Both the position numbers and the translations under genes were made by a program. Shown one piece after another: positions 1 through 12,452 of a stretch of DNA of 64,000 nucleotides. The notes beneath the pieces were generated by a model, which was not told the origin of the DNA, did no database searches, and saw only the letters and a list, made by a program, of their open reading frames with translations. Source of the DNA: Antedon mediterranea (taxonomy: Eukaryota; Animalia; Echinodermata); the NCBI RefSeq assembly GCF_964355755.1, contig NC_092677.1, positions 24,849,175-24,913,174 on the forward strand, read 5' to 3'. Each line of letters begins with the position of its first letter. Positions within the stretch are counted from its first letter, which is position 1.

Positions 1-570
1 AGCTGAATTGATTGTACTCATTTGTCACTTCTAAAATTGACATTGGTAATGCCTTGTTGTTTGGCATACCAAAATCTCAAATACAACGTTTGCAGCGCTT
101 GCAAAATATGGCAGCTAGAATTGTAACTTATACAAAATCAAACGCTCACATAACTCCTGTCCTGATGGATTTGCATTGGTTGCCTGTTCAACAACGTATT
201 AAGTACAAACTTGCGTTGTTTGTATTCAAGATCCTAAATGACAGTGCTCCTGCTTATTTATCTGACCTTGTGGATCGTTACGAATCATCCCGCAGAGGCC
301 TACGATCATTGTCACAAAACCTTCTTCAAGAGCGTAGAGCGAAAAATCAGTGGGGTCAGAGATCTTTTTACGTTGCGGCCGCAAGTGTATGGAACAGCTT
401 ACCAGCAACAGTTAAATGCTCAACTAGTCTAAACAGTTTCAAGACCAACCTAAAGACGTCGCTATTCGCTGATGTTCTCGCACGTTGTTAATGCACAAAG
501 CGCCATGAGCGCCACATGGGTGGAGGATACCGGCGCTATATAAGTTTTCATTTATTATTATTATTATTAA
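1..570 (+). mobile_element. 3' end of an L2/CR1-clade LINE (C-terminus of ORF2 plus 3' UTR and (TTA)n tail)
   Basis: ORF 12-491 reads ...LQRLQNMAARIV...HITPVLMDLHWLPVQQRIKYKL...FYVAAASVWNSLP...FKTNLKT, the typical post-RT tail of L2/Crack LINEs. It is followed by gcgctatataag and (tta)n at about 535-570. Confidence 0.85.
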
Positions 571-1914
571 TTTACTAAAAGTAATTTACTAAAATGTCGA
601 TGTATTATAAATATTTGACGAAGTTCTCGTAACCCTGAAACCTGTTAAACCTACTGATGGTTTCTTGTACCGACGTTCTCGTAGCCCTACTTCAAACTAT
701 AATGATTGGTGGAAGTTTGCACATTGTGAACCCAATTCTTTCTAGGTTACATAATTTCCACCTTTGTACTGTATACAAACCAACATTATTCTACCTTTAA
801 CATACAATCAACAACTTGACGAGACTACAGTAAACAGATTGTGATCACTTCCTTTCATCAACTACTAAATCGTGTTCAGTGATTTATGCTATTTCTATAG
901 AAATGTCTTTATATTACCACATTAAGCGCTTGTTCAGTTGCAACGGGAATTAAATACCGCGTTCATGAAGGGTTTTAGGGGTAGGGGGGGGGTCGAGATT
1001 GGGCGGCGTTTATTCGGGGGAGGCGTTAATTTTTTTGGGTGTAGGCCTAATATGGTAACATAATAATCAAATAAATACCCCATAGATATGACAAAATACA
1101 ACACAATTAATATCGAGAAGTGAGATCATGCATATCAATCAATGAATTCTACTACAATAGAATTGTGTATATATGCATGTGGCGGGGCATTTATTTGAGG
1201 AAATAAAGGTCCCGTGCGTTTATTCAAGCGGGTGGGGGAGGGGGAGTTATTCAAAATGATGTTCTATGGGGAGGGGGGAGTTTATTGGGGTGGAGTTTAT
1301 CCAAAGCGGGGCGTTTATTCGAATAAATACGGAAGGCCTATAAATAATTAAATGTATAAATTGATAATTGAATATCATGCAATTATACCAATAACACTGT
1401 GTTGGTGCAATTTGTCTGTGTTATTTTACTGTTTTATCTATAAATGTAATATGATATGCCAGTTTTCAAACCAAATTTCTGTTAATTTTTAAATGCTACA
1501 AATAAAGATACTATGACTACCGTATATTATGACTAAAATAATACTAAATAGTATTAAACATAATCTTATTATAATCTAAAATTAGCCATAGCAATCTGTC
1601 CATTTACCTGGGCCTAAATAAATCAACGAGTTCGCGTCGACTCAAATCCTGCAGGTACCTGCAAATCACTTTAAATTGTAGAAGTAGAATGATTTTCTTG
1701 TGGGTTATCATTACATTTACAAATACATATGAATATGATTATTTGTGGCCTACTGACTCATCATTATAGGATAAGTCAAAATGAAGAGTCTTAAGTTATA
1801 CATAATATCAATAAAGCTTACGTGCGCACAACATATATTCGTTCTGAAAAGAACTGTTGGGTTTTCGACGTTTCAAATCAAAGCATATTTATGGAACAGT
1901 CTTTTCAAAACTAA

Positions 1915-2160
1915 TATACGTGGTGTACCGGAAACTGTATACTGTATCAACATTTGATTTATCAATAAATGTGCACTTTAAAGAACCTATAGTACATCTT
2001 TCGAAACGAGGGGGTTACCCCGGTGTAGGCCTACTAGTTCACACACAGCCGCTGTCACACACAGACACATCTCATAACTGATCAAGAGGGTCCCTTGATT
2101 GTCAGCATATGCTGTTTAGGGTCACCCTCTATCTATAAATAAGGTGAAATAAAAAATTTA
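1915..2160 (+). mobile_element. Degenerate SINE fragment with Deu/Nin-like central domain
   Basis: taaagaacc...ctttcgaaacgagggggttaccccggtgt resembles the copy at 56970-57020, and an A-rich tail follows. Confidence 0.45.
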
Positions 2161-2557
2161 AAAAATATTGAAGTTATAATGAATGATAACACATTAGTAG
2201 ACAGAAGAAAAACATCTGTTGTAAAGTCTGTCCAGGGTCTGCAATATTCTGTGAATCATCGCTAAGTAGCCTACTTTTAATTCTGACATTTTCAACTCCG
2301 TCTGATCTGAGAGCTCGCATATAATATCATGTAAAATCGATACAGTACACAGAAGAATAGATTATAGCATATTTTATACAGTAATAATTTCATTAAGTAT
2401 GCCTCAACAACAATAACAGTACCCGCTTTTTATATAGTTATGTTCAACAATTCGCACTTAAATCCTACACAATATTATAACCTTATGTATATCATCTCTG
2501 ATAGGCCTAAAGTTACGTTTATACAGTTTGTATGATTTATTTCTTTTTTATTTTTAA

Positions 2558-2630
2558 ATGCGCCTTGAGCACTCTGGAGTGGTATGTGCGCTATAAAAAT
2601 CATATTATTATTATTATTATTATTATTATA
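2558..2630 (+). mobile_element. L2-type LINE/SINE 3' terminus with (TTA)n tail
   Basis: gcgccttgagc...gcgctataaaaat followed by a (tta)n run, the same architecture as 500-570. Confidence 0.6.
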
Positions 2631-2891
2631 GCGGTATGGTATTTATTTTTTACCTACTAATACTAGTATTGCTTCAATAAAAACTATATAAATCATTATT
2701 TAGCCTTTTCGTTTCGAATTTGTTATACACATTACGATTATGAATATATATATTACTTATGATAATTGTCGTGTACGATATCTGTACTGCTAAAAGTAGT
2801 CCTCAGTATGAACTCACGCATGATTGAATTCATATTGATATTGTAGGCTATCAATAGATTGTCAAGTGAGTGCAATAATAATACGCCGTTG

Positions 2892-3320
2892 CTAAAGATA
2901 CGGTACCGTATCCATGCTTTTAAAAACTAAAGATACGGTAATTATAGAGGGCGCTTCCGTTTGCTAAAAGTACGGTAAAATTGTATTCCTAAAACTCGTA
3001 CCTAAATATAAAACTCGTTCCTAAATATAAAACTCCTTCCTAAATATTAAACTCCTTCCTAAATATTAAAAACCTAACCCTCTAAATAATCTCTCTTAAA
3101 TTAAAAACTAAAAAAATAAAATAAAAAAAAGACGTCAAGAAGAGCATCGAACCCCCAACCCCTTAAGCCAAAGCCTCATCACATGCCCACTAGGCTACAC
3201 AGCTAGCTTGCAGAAAACCAATGCAATAACCTATTTGATTAACATCCACATTACATAGCGCCCTCTATAATTACCGTACTTTTAGTTTTAAAAAGTATGG
3301 ATACGGTACCGTATCTTTAG
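2892..3320. mobile_element. MITE with ~63-bp terminal inverted repeats and internal ~20-bp tandem repeats
   Basis: ctaaagatacggtaccgtatcc...attatagagggcgct (2892-2955) is the near-exact reverse complement of 3257-3320. Internal (cctaaatataaaactc..) repeats occur about 4 times. Confidence 0.75.
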
Positions 3321-4320
3321 ACATAACGATAATAATAAAGACCGAACCGTGTTTACGAAGGAATGCGTTAATAACTTCGGATTCGGAATATACTGAATAC
3401 ATAATATGTATATATTGTATATTATCTAGAAGCAAAATTGTAGTATTCCTACCTTCTTCTTTGCCCTTTTTGCATTTGCGGTAGCCCCAATGATGAGCCA
3501 TGATTCTTAATCGTTTGTAACGCCTCGGTGCTCGGTTCTCAGCAGCTGCTGTGCTTACGTTCAACGCCGTGGTAGAACTGAGCGAGTGAGTGCTAGAGCT
3601 GCCTTTATATACCAGTCGATTTTCATACGGATATAATGATTCTGTTCGCTTAATTTTGTGCCAGGAAATGTTTTAAAATTCCCAAGCGGGCCCGCAGTTT
3701 GAAGGAGGATACGCCAACCGATATAGTTCAACAATGGGTCAATACTACTCATAACTAATCGCGATTTTATTTCTGATATATAATACAAACTGACCTGGAA
3801 TTGACGGGGGAGAGACTCCTATCGCATATATAACAGTATACACTTTTTACGTAGTCATTTTCAAGATAATTCATTATTCATAATTCAGAATATTAAGACA
3901 TGCGTAGATTTGTAACTGAATAATTTACAAGTCTAAAAGACTACCTGCATACATAGGCCTACATTGCTGATTACATGTATGTTACATGCCTGTAAACAAT
4001 GGCCAGTGGCGAAATGGCTAGAGCGCTCACTGGCTAAACTCAGGGGCCCAGGAGCTTATGGACAGTGCCTAGTGGAAACAGGCATTGGATATGTCGAAAA
4101 AGGCTAAAAACACCCGAAGCCTCCGGCATTAGAGGGCCATTTAGGTTCCTATGTCGCCACTGAGGATCCATAGTTCTTATAAATGCGACTCTTCTTCGAT
4201 TTATCGCTCTAAAAAAAAACACACCTATGTATATGTTTTAAAGCTTTAAGAAAAGTTAGTGTTTAGTTAAAACGTCAAACGCTCAACATTATGATGCGTT
4301 TTATGTAAATTTGTGGCATT

Positions 4321-4477
4321 AAAGCATTGTTCTCACTATTGGAAGCAACGCAAGAACGTAAGCCGCAACGCAAGCAAGTTGACCAATCACAAGCGACAGT
4401 TCGCCTTTGATTGCTTAATTTGATTGCGTTGTGGCTACGTTGTCCTTGCGTTGTGTCCTAGTCGGAACCAAGCTTTA
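4321..4477. mobile_element. Degenerate MITE of the AAGCTTGGTTCCCACTAG family (PIF/Harbinger-like)
   Basis: Ends in ctagtcggaaccaagcttt and shares internal gacgcaacgc motifs with the cluster at 6.35-7.35 kb. Confidence 0.6.
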
Positions 4478-6350
4478 AGATGCCTACAACCTCACGTAAT
4501 TGTGACTACCGGTTTCTGAAAACTACCCTAGATTTGGCAAGAGTTGGCATTTAATTTCATTACCGGTTTAATATTATAGATTTTATTTTTATCAATGTCT
4601 TCATTAAAGTAAGACACGCAAACGGCACACGCCAAGGTTGTTGCTGCTGAGTATGGTACTGAAAGCTCACCCATTTACGCAATTGCCTAGCAATACCAAA
4701 GATCTTGGTTCGGTCTGACAATCAAATATAAATTTAATTTATTATATTCATAATTCAAACGATTCGCAGTCCCCATGATAAATCTGTCATTTTTCATTGA
4801 TGGCAAATTCCGTAAAAGAGAATCTCATAATCACATAATCTATATATAATAGTCTATAATACATGCCAAGCACATGTGATGCTATATCATGGAATGTGCC
4901 TGTGATACTGGACAAAAGATACAGTACCATGAATCGGCTAAATTTGTAATGAAAGTAAATATGAGGCTCATAATTAGTGTTTCACTCAATTCCATTTCTC
5001 AATTGGATTTAAATTATTAATCAACAGAAACAATATGAGATGTAGGCATATTGATGTTTAAATATACCGGTACCGGTACCGTATACTTTTGGATGGAATA
5101 ATAATGAAAGAAAGAAATAAAAAACACACATTCTATTGTGTGCCCCTCGCTTTATGCACTGAGGTAATAAGTAAGTACCGTACTATAGTAAGTTCAGTAA
5201 ACTTGTAATAGAGATATCTATAATTGTGTTTTTTATGACATTAATAAGTATTCATTTTCCACCAATCGTATTAATATTCTCATTTTTATAACACAAGAGC
5301 TCACTTCAATAGATGATGAAAGCCACTTAACCGGTCGTACTTTTGCACTTGGCTTGCAGAGGTCCCGAATTGTTGAAAAATAAACATAGCACTACTTTTT
5401 GCCCTTTCACCTTTTCACTTGTTTTCAGGAGCGCTTTGAGATTTTAGTAGGGTGGGGGTTGTGCTTTATAAATAACAAAAAAATGCAATTACCCTCGTCT
5501 GTACCCTCCGCAAAATCAGCACATTCTGATATAGAGAAAATATCAAATAGCAAGGAGAAGGGGAGGGCGGGGGATTATGTATGACACCGTTTATAATCCA
5601 GGTCTTCCCGTCGAAATTGAGTAGTCAGAGTAGGGCTAAAATAGTAGTACGTACCCTGGATAAGACCTTACTACTCGGCATAGTAAACAAAATAATTACG
5701 ATTACGGTAGGCCTAATTCGAACAAATTAAAAACCACGGATGCTGTGGACGCAACAAACATATGCTGAGGAAATCATGTTAAATATGGTGGCCTCGGAGA
5801 AATCATGCGTTTTCCGCAGTAATGTAGGCCAGCAGGGCCGCAGCCTGCATGAGACAGACGAGGTGAGCTTAAATTTTCATTTTTCACCACCCACCCCAAT
5901 TCTCCAGCACAGATCGTCATATTTTATATTAATAATTTATATTTAAAGCATCTTTGCCATGCCTCGTCTGTTGTTAACCTTTCACTACGGCGCCTTGGCC
6001 CGATCTAGTCTTAACATCTAGGTAGGCCTACTAATTGCTGTGTTGGGTCTACCGTACGTTTTGACTTTATTCGCTCTCACCACATCCGTGAAAACAAGAG
6101 ACCCATATGCAGCCTCTTATTAAAATAATGTTTTCGTCGAATGACCTGAATATTTCTATAGTCAAGGACTTAATGTAGACAGCTAAAAAATAATGTTATT
6201 TGTATTCAAATTGAGACCATAAGGTCAGAGAATCACGTGCTAAAAAGGATAAACGTTTGTTAATGCTGTCTGGCGACTACGTGACATTCGGATTTGAACT
6301 TATTACCTATATGGTGATAGGGACTACATATATTTTTTGCGTAAGCAAAA

Positions 6351-7352
6351 ACCCTTTCCCACTAGCGACGCAACGCAGCGCAGCGACGTATTGACGCAAA
6401 GGTAAGCGTGGTTTCCGCTAGAACTCAACGCAGCGACGTATCGACGCAAAATGCCGTATTGCGTAATCACAAGTGGGAACCGACGACGCAACAATGCTGC
6501 AAACATCGCAGGTTCGATTTCACGCAAGCGGGGGCAAACACAATGAGTGGAAGGGCATTTTCTTACGTTGCGTAGGTTGCGTCGCTAGTGGGAACCAAGC
6601 TTTAGCATGATTCCCACTAGCGACGCAACGCAGTAGTGACGTATTGACACAAAGTACTGTATTGCGTAATCTCAAGTGGGAACCGACGTAGCAACAATGC
6701 TGCAAACATCGCATTTTCTTACGTCGTGATTGCGTTACGTTGCGTCGCTATTGGGAACCAAACTTGAGCTTGGTTCCCTTAGCGACGTAAGGAAGCCGCA
6801 ACGCTGAGCGAATAGACCCAATAAAGCGATGGATTATTCGAACTGTCGCTTATGATTGGTCAATTCGCCTGCGTTGCGGCTTACGTCCTTAAGTGTGATT
6901 CCCACTAGAACGCAACGCAACGACGTATTGACGCAAAGTGCTGCATTGCGTAATCACAGGTGGGAACCGACGACGCAAAAGTGCTGCAAACATAGCAGGT
7001 TTGATTTCACGCAGGCGGGGGCAAACACAATTATTGGAAGGTCATTTTCTTACGGTTGTGTCGCTAGTGGGAAACAAGCTTTACGTTGCTACTCCTTTGT
7101 ACATTTCAGACATAATGAACACATAGGCACTGTTCAGGCTTAGTTACTTAAGCTTGGTTCCAACTAGTGACGCAAAATAACGCAACCTTCGCAACGTAAG
7201 AAGATGCCCTTCCAATAATTGTGTTTTACCCCGCCTGCGTGAAATCAAACCTACGATGTTTGCAGCACAAATTGCGTCGTCGGGTCTCACTTGTGATTAC
7301 GCAATACAGCACTTTGCGTCGATACGTCACGTTCTAGTGAGAACCACGCTTA
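6351..7352. mobile_element. Cluster of about 5 tandem or nested MITE copies (PIF/Harbinger-like, TAA/TTA flanks)
   Basis: Repeated termini (aagcttggttcccactagcgacgcaacg / cgtcgctagtgggaaccaagctt) at about 6355, 6600, 6765, 6900, 7080, 7150 and 7350, in both orientations. Confidence 0.75.
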
Positions 7353-7846
7353 AGCAAGCCGGCTGGACCGGCTTATCTCAGCCACATACAACAGAGGGCG
7401 GTCACCAAACTAAATACAGTACAGTACACGAATCTGAATGAACGTTGAGTTGCGCCACCACAGATAGCTGACCTGTATATTATGTTGTAAAGTAAGACTG
7501 GAGATAATACACTATACATATCTATTCGCAGTGCAATGTTTTAATCTTTTTAGTACAAAGGCATGTTTGCTAAAATCGTTATGTAAACATAACACAACTA
7601 GACCTACATCACGACAAATTTAACCCAATATGTATATAACCATTCATTCATTTAGTACTGTACTATATTCAAATTATAAATGCAATGCCATTCTTGATAT
7701 TAAATAATATATTTCTAAATGTACATACTCTAGGTTTAATATTTAATTTTTGGCAAAGAGTTTTTTAATCCTCATCCGTGACTCACTAAAATAAAATACT
7801 AACTTATTCTTAATTTGATGACCGGTTTGAAGTGAAGATATTATTA

Positions 7847-8731
7847 TTAGTCTTTCTTCAAAATCATAAACTGCATGTCCAGCAACTTCTGATAATTATA
7901 TTCATACCGCTGAACAAGTTCATCAAGATATTCTTCCTCTTGAACAGGGTTGAACTGTTTCTCTTTGTACTTTTTAATGACTTTAAATCCTGAAGCAGAA
8001 GCAATTTCTAAAAGGACTTCAGTATTTCCACCATGAAGGTTATCTCCGTAGATCAAGTAAGAACTCTTTGATGCATTACGCAGAAGACACTTCAGGTTGT
8101 GTTTGAAATGTCGCAGGCCCTTAGCAGCGCTCACAAACTTGTACATCAGTATGATATCGGCTTCGGATACGCGGGATTTGATCCCTTCCGTGGCAAGGCA
8201 GTTGATATCATGTCGACGGTACCTTATATGGATTCGATCGGAATCAATAGGTCTCAGTTGGTCTTTAACGGCACGCCAGGCTCCTTTCCATCGGCGGTAT
8301 TTATCGATAACCGTAGCATCAAGAACTACGTTTCTGCTTCTTCGTTTTAGAAGACTCTGCAGATAGATATACAAGCCAAGTACATCCGTTCCTGGACCGC
8401 CTCCAATAGAGCAAACCTTCAGGTTCAAGTCTCCTTGTTCGCCTTCTTGATGCCAAACTGAAGGGTCTAAATTCAGCCTACGAATTCCATATCCAACAGA
8501 ATAGCAAAGAGTACTGAAGTACTGAAACATGTACGCCGCCTGGTATCTCCGATCGTTGAAATCAACTGAACTGCTCTGACATAAAGCCCGATAATCGGTG
8601 TACGACGTCGACAATTCCATTATGACATCGTACATATCTGTATCGCTTATTTTACACTTGTTTTTCTTTTCATATTTTCGTATCAAAGCCAAAGGAGCTT
8701 CACGAGCAATGAGCAACACTGATTTCTCCAT
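7847..8731 (-). CDS. Intronless class I SAM-dependent methyltransferase-like protein, copy MT1 (294 aa, K/R-rich subfamily A)
   Basis: YQAAYMFQYF, glycine-rich motif I VCSIGGGPGTD, acidic residue after beta2 (VIDKY), HDIN, KFVSAA, LIYGDN. The ATG is in caagATG context. Confidence 0.85.
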   Translation of the reverse strand: MEKSVLLIAREAPLALIRKYEKKNKCKISDTDMYDVIMELSTSYTDYRALCQSSSVDFNDRRYQAAYMFQYFSTLCYSVGYGIRRLNLDPSVWHQEGEQGDLNLKVCSIGGGPGTDVLGLYIYLQSLLKRRSRNVVLDATVIDKYRRWKGAWRAVKDQLRPIDSDRIHIRYRRHDINCLATEGIKSRVSEADIILMYKFVSAAKGLRHFKHNLKCLLRNASKSSYLIYGDNLHGGNTEVLLEIASASGFKVIKKYKEKQFNPVQEEEYLDELVQRYEYNYQKLLDMQFMILKKD

Positions 8732-8772
8732 CTTGTGACTTACCGCTTAGGGCCTAAATGAATTTTCGCGCC

Positions 8773-8896
8773 TTTATAGAGTAGAGTCTAATATTGAAAT
8801 TGAATTGCCCGCCTTTACAATCATACGTCACGAGTAATATTCTATTATTAGAAATATGGAATTTCCAAACTGATCGTTTCAGTTTCATGACGTCAT
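8773..8896 (-). promoter_or_regulatory. Candidate proximal promoter of MT1 (TATAAA, kB-like GGAATTTCC, CRE ATGACGTCAT)
   Basis: TATAAA at 8773-8778 on the minus strand, GGAATTTCC at 8858-8866, palindromic ATGACGTCAT at 8887-8896. The latter two recur upstream of MT4. These are motif matches only. Confidence 0.35.
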
Positions 8897-10204
8897 AGTA
8901 TTGATCGATAACAGCATAAGCGTTCCAATATCTATCCATTATCAATAACGTGAAAACGATTTTAATACGTGTCGGTATTCAAGTGATACACTAATATTAT
9001 ATCAATATAACTTAAAAGTTGTACTGAAATAATCAGTGAAGATTTTTTTAAAGAAAGCTAAACAATATACACAAAAGAAGTACAAAAATCGATGAAACAC
9101 AGAATTACAATACAATGCTTTTTTAAATTATGTCAAAAGTCCTTATTTTGAAAACTACACAGGTCTTATTCATCTATCCAATTTCAGGTAAAAATCAAAC
9201 TCTGTGGAAACATTTTACAGTTTCAAGTTTTCATTTATTAAAAACAGACAAAAAAAACTTATATATACCAAATTATAGAACAAATAACAACATTCTATCA
9301 GGTATTCATGAAATCCCAGATGATTTAAGGTTTTAACAAAAAGCAAATTTAAAAAAGAAATGAAAACAGATTATTTGTTTGTTTAAGAATTATATATTTG
9401 AGAGAAAGTTTGTTAACAAAAAAAAATGTTTTATGTATATTGATTTTTAGAAAAGTAGCCCTAATTTATTTATAGGCCTATAACTATTAATATGTCAATG
9501 TTTATGGGCTGAACTTGATTAGTTTCAACTATTATACATATTATGTTTTATTTATGTTACAATGTTTACTTTATATTTATGGGAAATGAGGAAAAAAACA
9601 ACTTATGTATTAACAATTTGTCTAGTGTATCACTACATTGAATTCTATACAAGGACAGGATTATGGTTTTAGATATAGATACACTACTATACAATACTGA
9701 AATTCCTATCTACTCCATTGTATTGCTGGGACCTAATTACCAAATGCAAGGTGCAAGCAAAATGTATACTATATACTAACTTGCTTGTGTGGTAAGCACA
9801 CAGTTACAATAAAAGTTATCTAAACATATATACAAAGTGACTAACCCAGTGAGGAATACAAGTATGTTACACAAATTTACTGTATATCAAAAAGTATAAA
9901 AGGCTAGGTAGTTGTTTACAATAATTAACCAACTGTATAAAATTCTGAAAAAAAACTGAATGTTGAATCCGTGGGGTCAAGGGTCACAAAATTAATGTGA
10001 CTGGATTTATGTTCTATTGAACATAGTGTCTTTAGTTTCTGGTTTATTTGATAAGAAAACACGTTATGATTTAGCAGTATAACACTGAATTGTATCAAAA
10101 GTCACAAAAGTCACAAAAATGACTATAATGTTGTTTGTTTAATTAAAATCTATAATAGAAGCCTATCACATAGACAATGTCAATCCTGTTTTAATAGATT
10201 TCAA

Positions 10205-11023
10205 TTACAGTTTTTTTATCCAAATCTGAAAACACATATTCAGTTGCTTTCCATTTAAATCATCACACTGTGGTCGATTGCGGAATGGAATAAATCCAGC
10301 ACGTTCGGCAATTCCAGAAAAGATTTCAGTAGAACCATCTTTACTATCGTCTCCGTAGATCAAGAGCGAATTTTGAGATGCTTTACGAAGAATAGTCGTC
10401 AGATTCCTCTTGAAATTAGGCAAGGATTTAACAACGCTGACAAACTTAATCAGCAGTAAAATGTTTGCTTCAGTAACAGATTTTTTCACTATACGTGTCG
10501 CAGGGGTGTTTATATCATATCCAATGTACCCATTCATTTTGATCCAAACACCTTTTGCCGATTCAGCTGCTTTAACCAGACCTTCCTGGTCAGCATTAAG
10601 GTTCAGCTTTTTCTCAATGACATTCCAGGAGTTCTCCCATTCATAGTATTTATCAATAATCGTTGCAGTAAGAACCAATGTTCGGTCCTTTAAGATGCTT
10701 CTCACGTATGCATAAACTCCAACAACATCAGTTCCAGGTCCTCCTCCAATTGAACAAACATTTAGGTTTAACAGGTTTTTGCCATTTAGGCCAAAATCAT
10801 CTGGTTTTAAATTGAACCTGCCAAGTTCATCGGTAATAAAATCACGGAGTTCTGGAAAGTACTGGCGCATATATGCCGCTTGGTACTTGCGTGTGTCAAA
10901 AGGAATTTCTACATAGTTCGGATTGTCGTATGCTTCTTTCAAAAAGGTTTCTACATCCGACATTTCGTCCTCCAAAAGCAAACTACAATAATCATTATCA
11001 GTAGGCCTAACTGTTCTGTGCAT
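10205..11023 (-). CDS. Methyltransferase-like copy MT2 (subfamily B; probable start MHRTV at 11023)
   Basis: Within ORF 10205-11167: NPNYVEIPF..YQAAY, VCSIGGGPGTD, IIDKY, YDIN, KFVSVV, LIYGDD. The C-terminal segment is shorter than in paralogs. Confidence 0.8.
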   Translation of the reverse strand: MHRTVRPTDNDYCSLLLEDEMSDVETFLKEAYDNPNYVEIPFDTRKYQAAYMRQYFPELRDFITDELGRFNLKPDDFGLNGKNLLNLNVCSIGGGPGTDVVGVYAYVRSILKDRTLVLTATIIDKYYEWENSWNVIEKKLNLNADQEGLVKAAESAKGVWIKMNGYIGYDINTPATRIVKKSVTEANILLLIKFVSVVKSLPNFKRNLTTILRKASQNSLLIYGDDSKDGSTEIFSGIAERAGFIPFRNRPQCDDLNGKQLNMCFQIWIKKL

Positions 11024-11391
11024 CTTACATGGTTCGGGATATGCTTTGACATTAATACACAAATTGGTACACAAAACACACGCGTCATTGGTCCTACGTC
11101 TGGTCCACGTTATTACAAATTCACAAACCAACATATAACAACAAAAAGTAGCTAACATATATTGCAAAAATCAATAAAATAGAATCCACCACACAGGATG
11201 CATCAATCGATTAGTTAGCTAGCATGTGTAGTTAAATTGAAATTATTTAAATCAACCTTAATTATGATTGGCCAAATCCACCAAAACTACAATTACATCA
11301 TCTGCAAATTTTAGTAAGCTTATCTATGGTTAGCCGGATCCAATTACAAACGTCACCAAAAACACCAAGCAAATACATGAAAGAATACGTA

Positions 11392-12050
11392 TCAAGACAA
11401 CTACCCCCTGGACAATTACCACCCGGAAAACTACCGCCCGGACAATGACCCCCCCCCCCCCCCCCTAGGACAACTACCACCCGGACAATTACCCCCTAGG
11501 ACAACAACCCTCTAGGACAACTACCCCCTTAGGACAACTACCCCCTAGGACAACTACCCTCCTAGGAAAATTACCCTCTAGTCCAAGTGCTATGCCCCTA
11601 TGACAACAACACCCTCTGAACAACCACACCTATATCATGACACCTACACCTTAGGTTATAATTACGATCTTGTAAAACTTACTGAAATTCAAAACATAGG
11701 GAGAGAGATTGATTTTAAAAGAAAGCTTTTGCATTTTTTAATATGCATATCGTCAGCAGTTATTTTAAATTAAACGAGAATCGATCAAATCATTAAAAAG
11801 ATGGGCTTATTTTATTCATGTGTGACATGAAGATGCCGTATATAAATATAGGAACACACAGTTTACCTAGCAGCACCAGTCAATCAAACACTCTTTCATT
11901 TAAGATCAATCTCTCTCCCTATGTTTTGAAGTTCAGTAAGTTTCACAAGATCGTAATTATAACCTAAGGTGTAGGTGTGGTTGTTCAGAGAGTGTTGTTG
12001 TTCTAGAGGGGTAGTTGTCCAAGGGGCATAGCAGTTAGACTAGAGGGTAT
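11392..12050. mobile_element. Foldback/MITE-like element with GGACAACTACCCCCTA tandem repeats and long inverted arms
   Basis: About 17-bp ggacaactaccccctag repeats at 11395-11630. 11641-11712 is the inverted copy of about 11905-11978, and complementary gggtagttgtcc repeats lie at about 11990-12050. Confidence 0.7.
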
Positions 12051-12251
12051 AAGTTGTAAGATAGTGGGACTGGAGCAGCCCCTTAAATAAAATTGGCCCG
12101 ATTTTGTTCTCTTTTTTTCTTTTTCAAAACAAATGTTTTACCGTATGCTGTTTAATGACATTATACGTTTACTACTACAAGTCCAGTAATAATGGAATAT
12201 TGGTTTGGCTGTTACTACTTCATAGAAGAACTTTAATTGATTTGTTTTTTA

Positions 12252-12452
12252 CATTTTCTCCCCACTCCTGAGGAAATAGGACAATAGGCCTAAACGTTTT
12301 TAGAACCTAAAGAATAATTATATCCATGATCTTTTTATGACTTAAACATTTCTATTTATTTCATTTTATTCCAATTCGTATTCTACAGCAAAGAACCTCC
12401 TAAATTCTAAAAACGTTTATTGTCCTATTTTCTCAGGAGTGGGGAGAAAATG
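12252..12452. mobile_element. Short MITE-like inverted repeat
   Basis: cattttctccccactcctgaggaaataggacaat... pairs with ...attgtcctattttctcaggagtggggagaaaatg. Confidence 0.65.

Noticed and set aside
3999-4050. tRNA gene
   Set aside because: Only an A-box-like 5' half (tggcgaaatggctagagcgc) is present, with no T-arm or acceptor pairing; more likely a SINE head relic.
8097-8366. Plus-strand ORFs recurring antisense to the MT genes (also 10410, 20483, 26391, 33259, 34951 and others)
   Set aside because: Shadow ORFs of the conserved minus-strand coding sequence, with no independent motifs.
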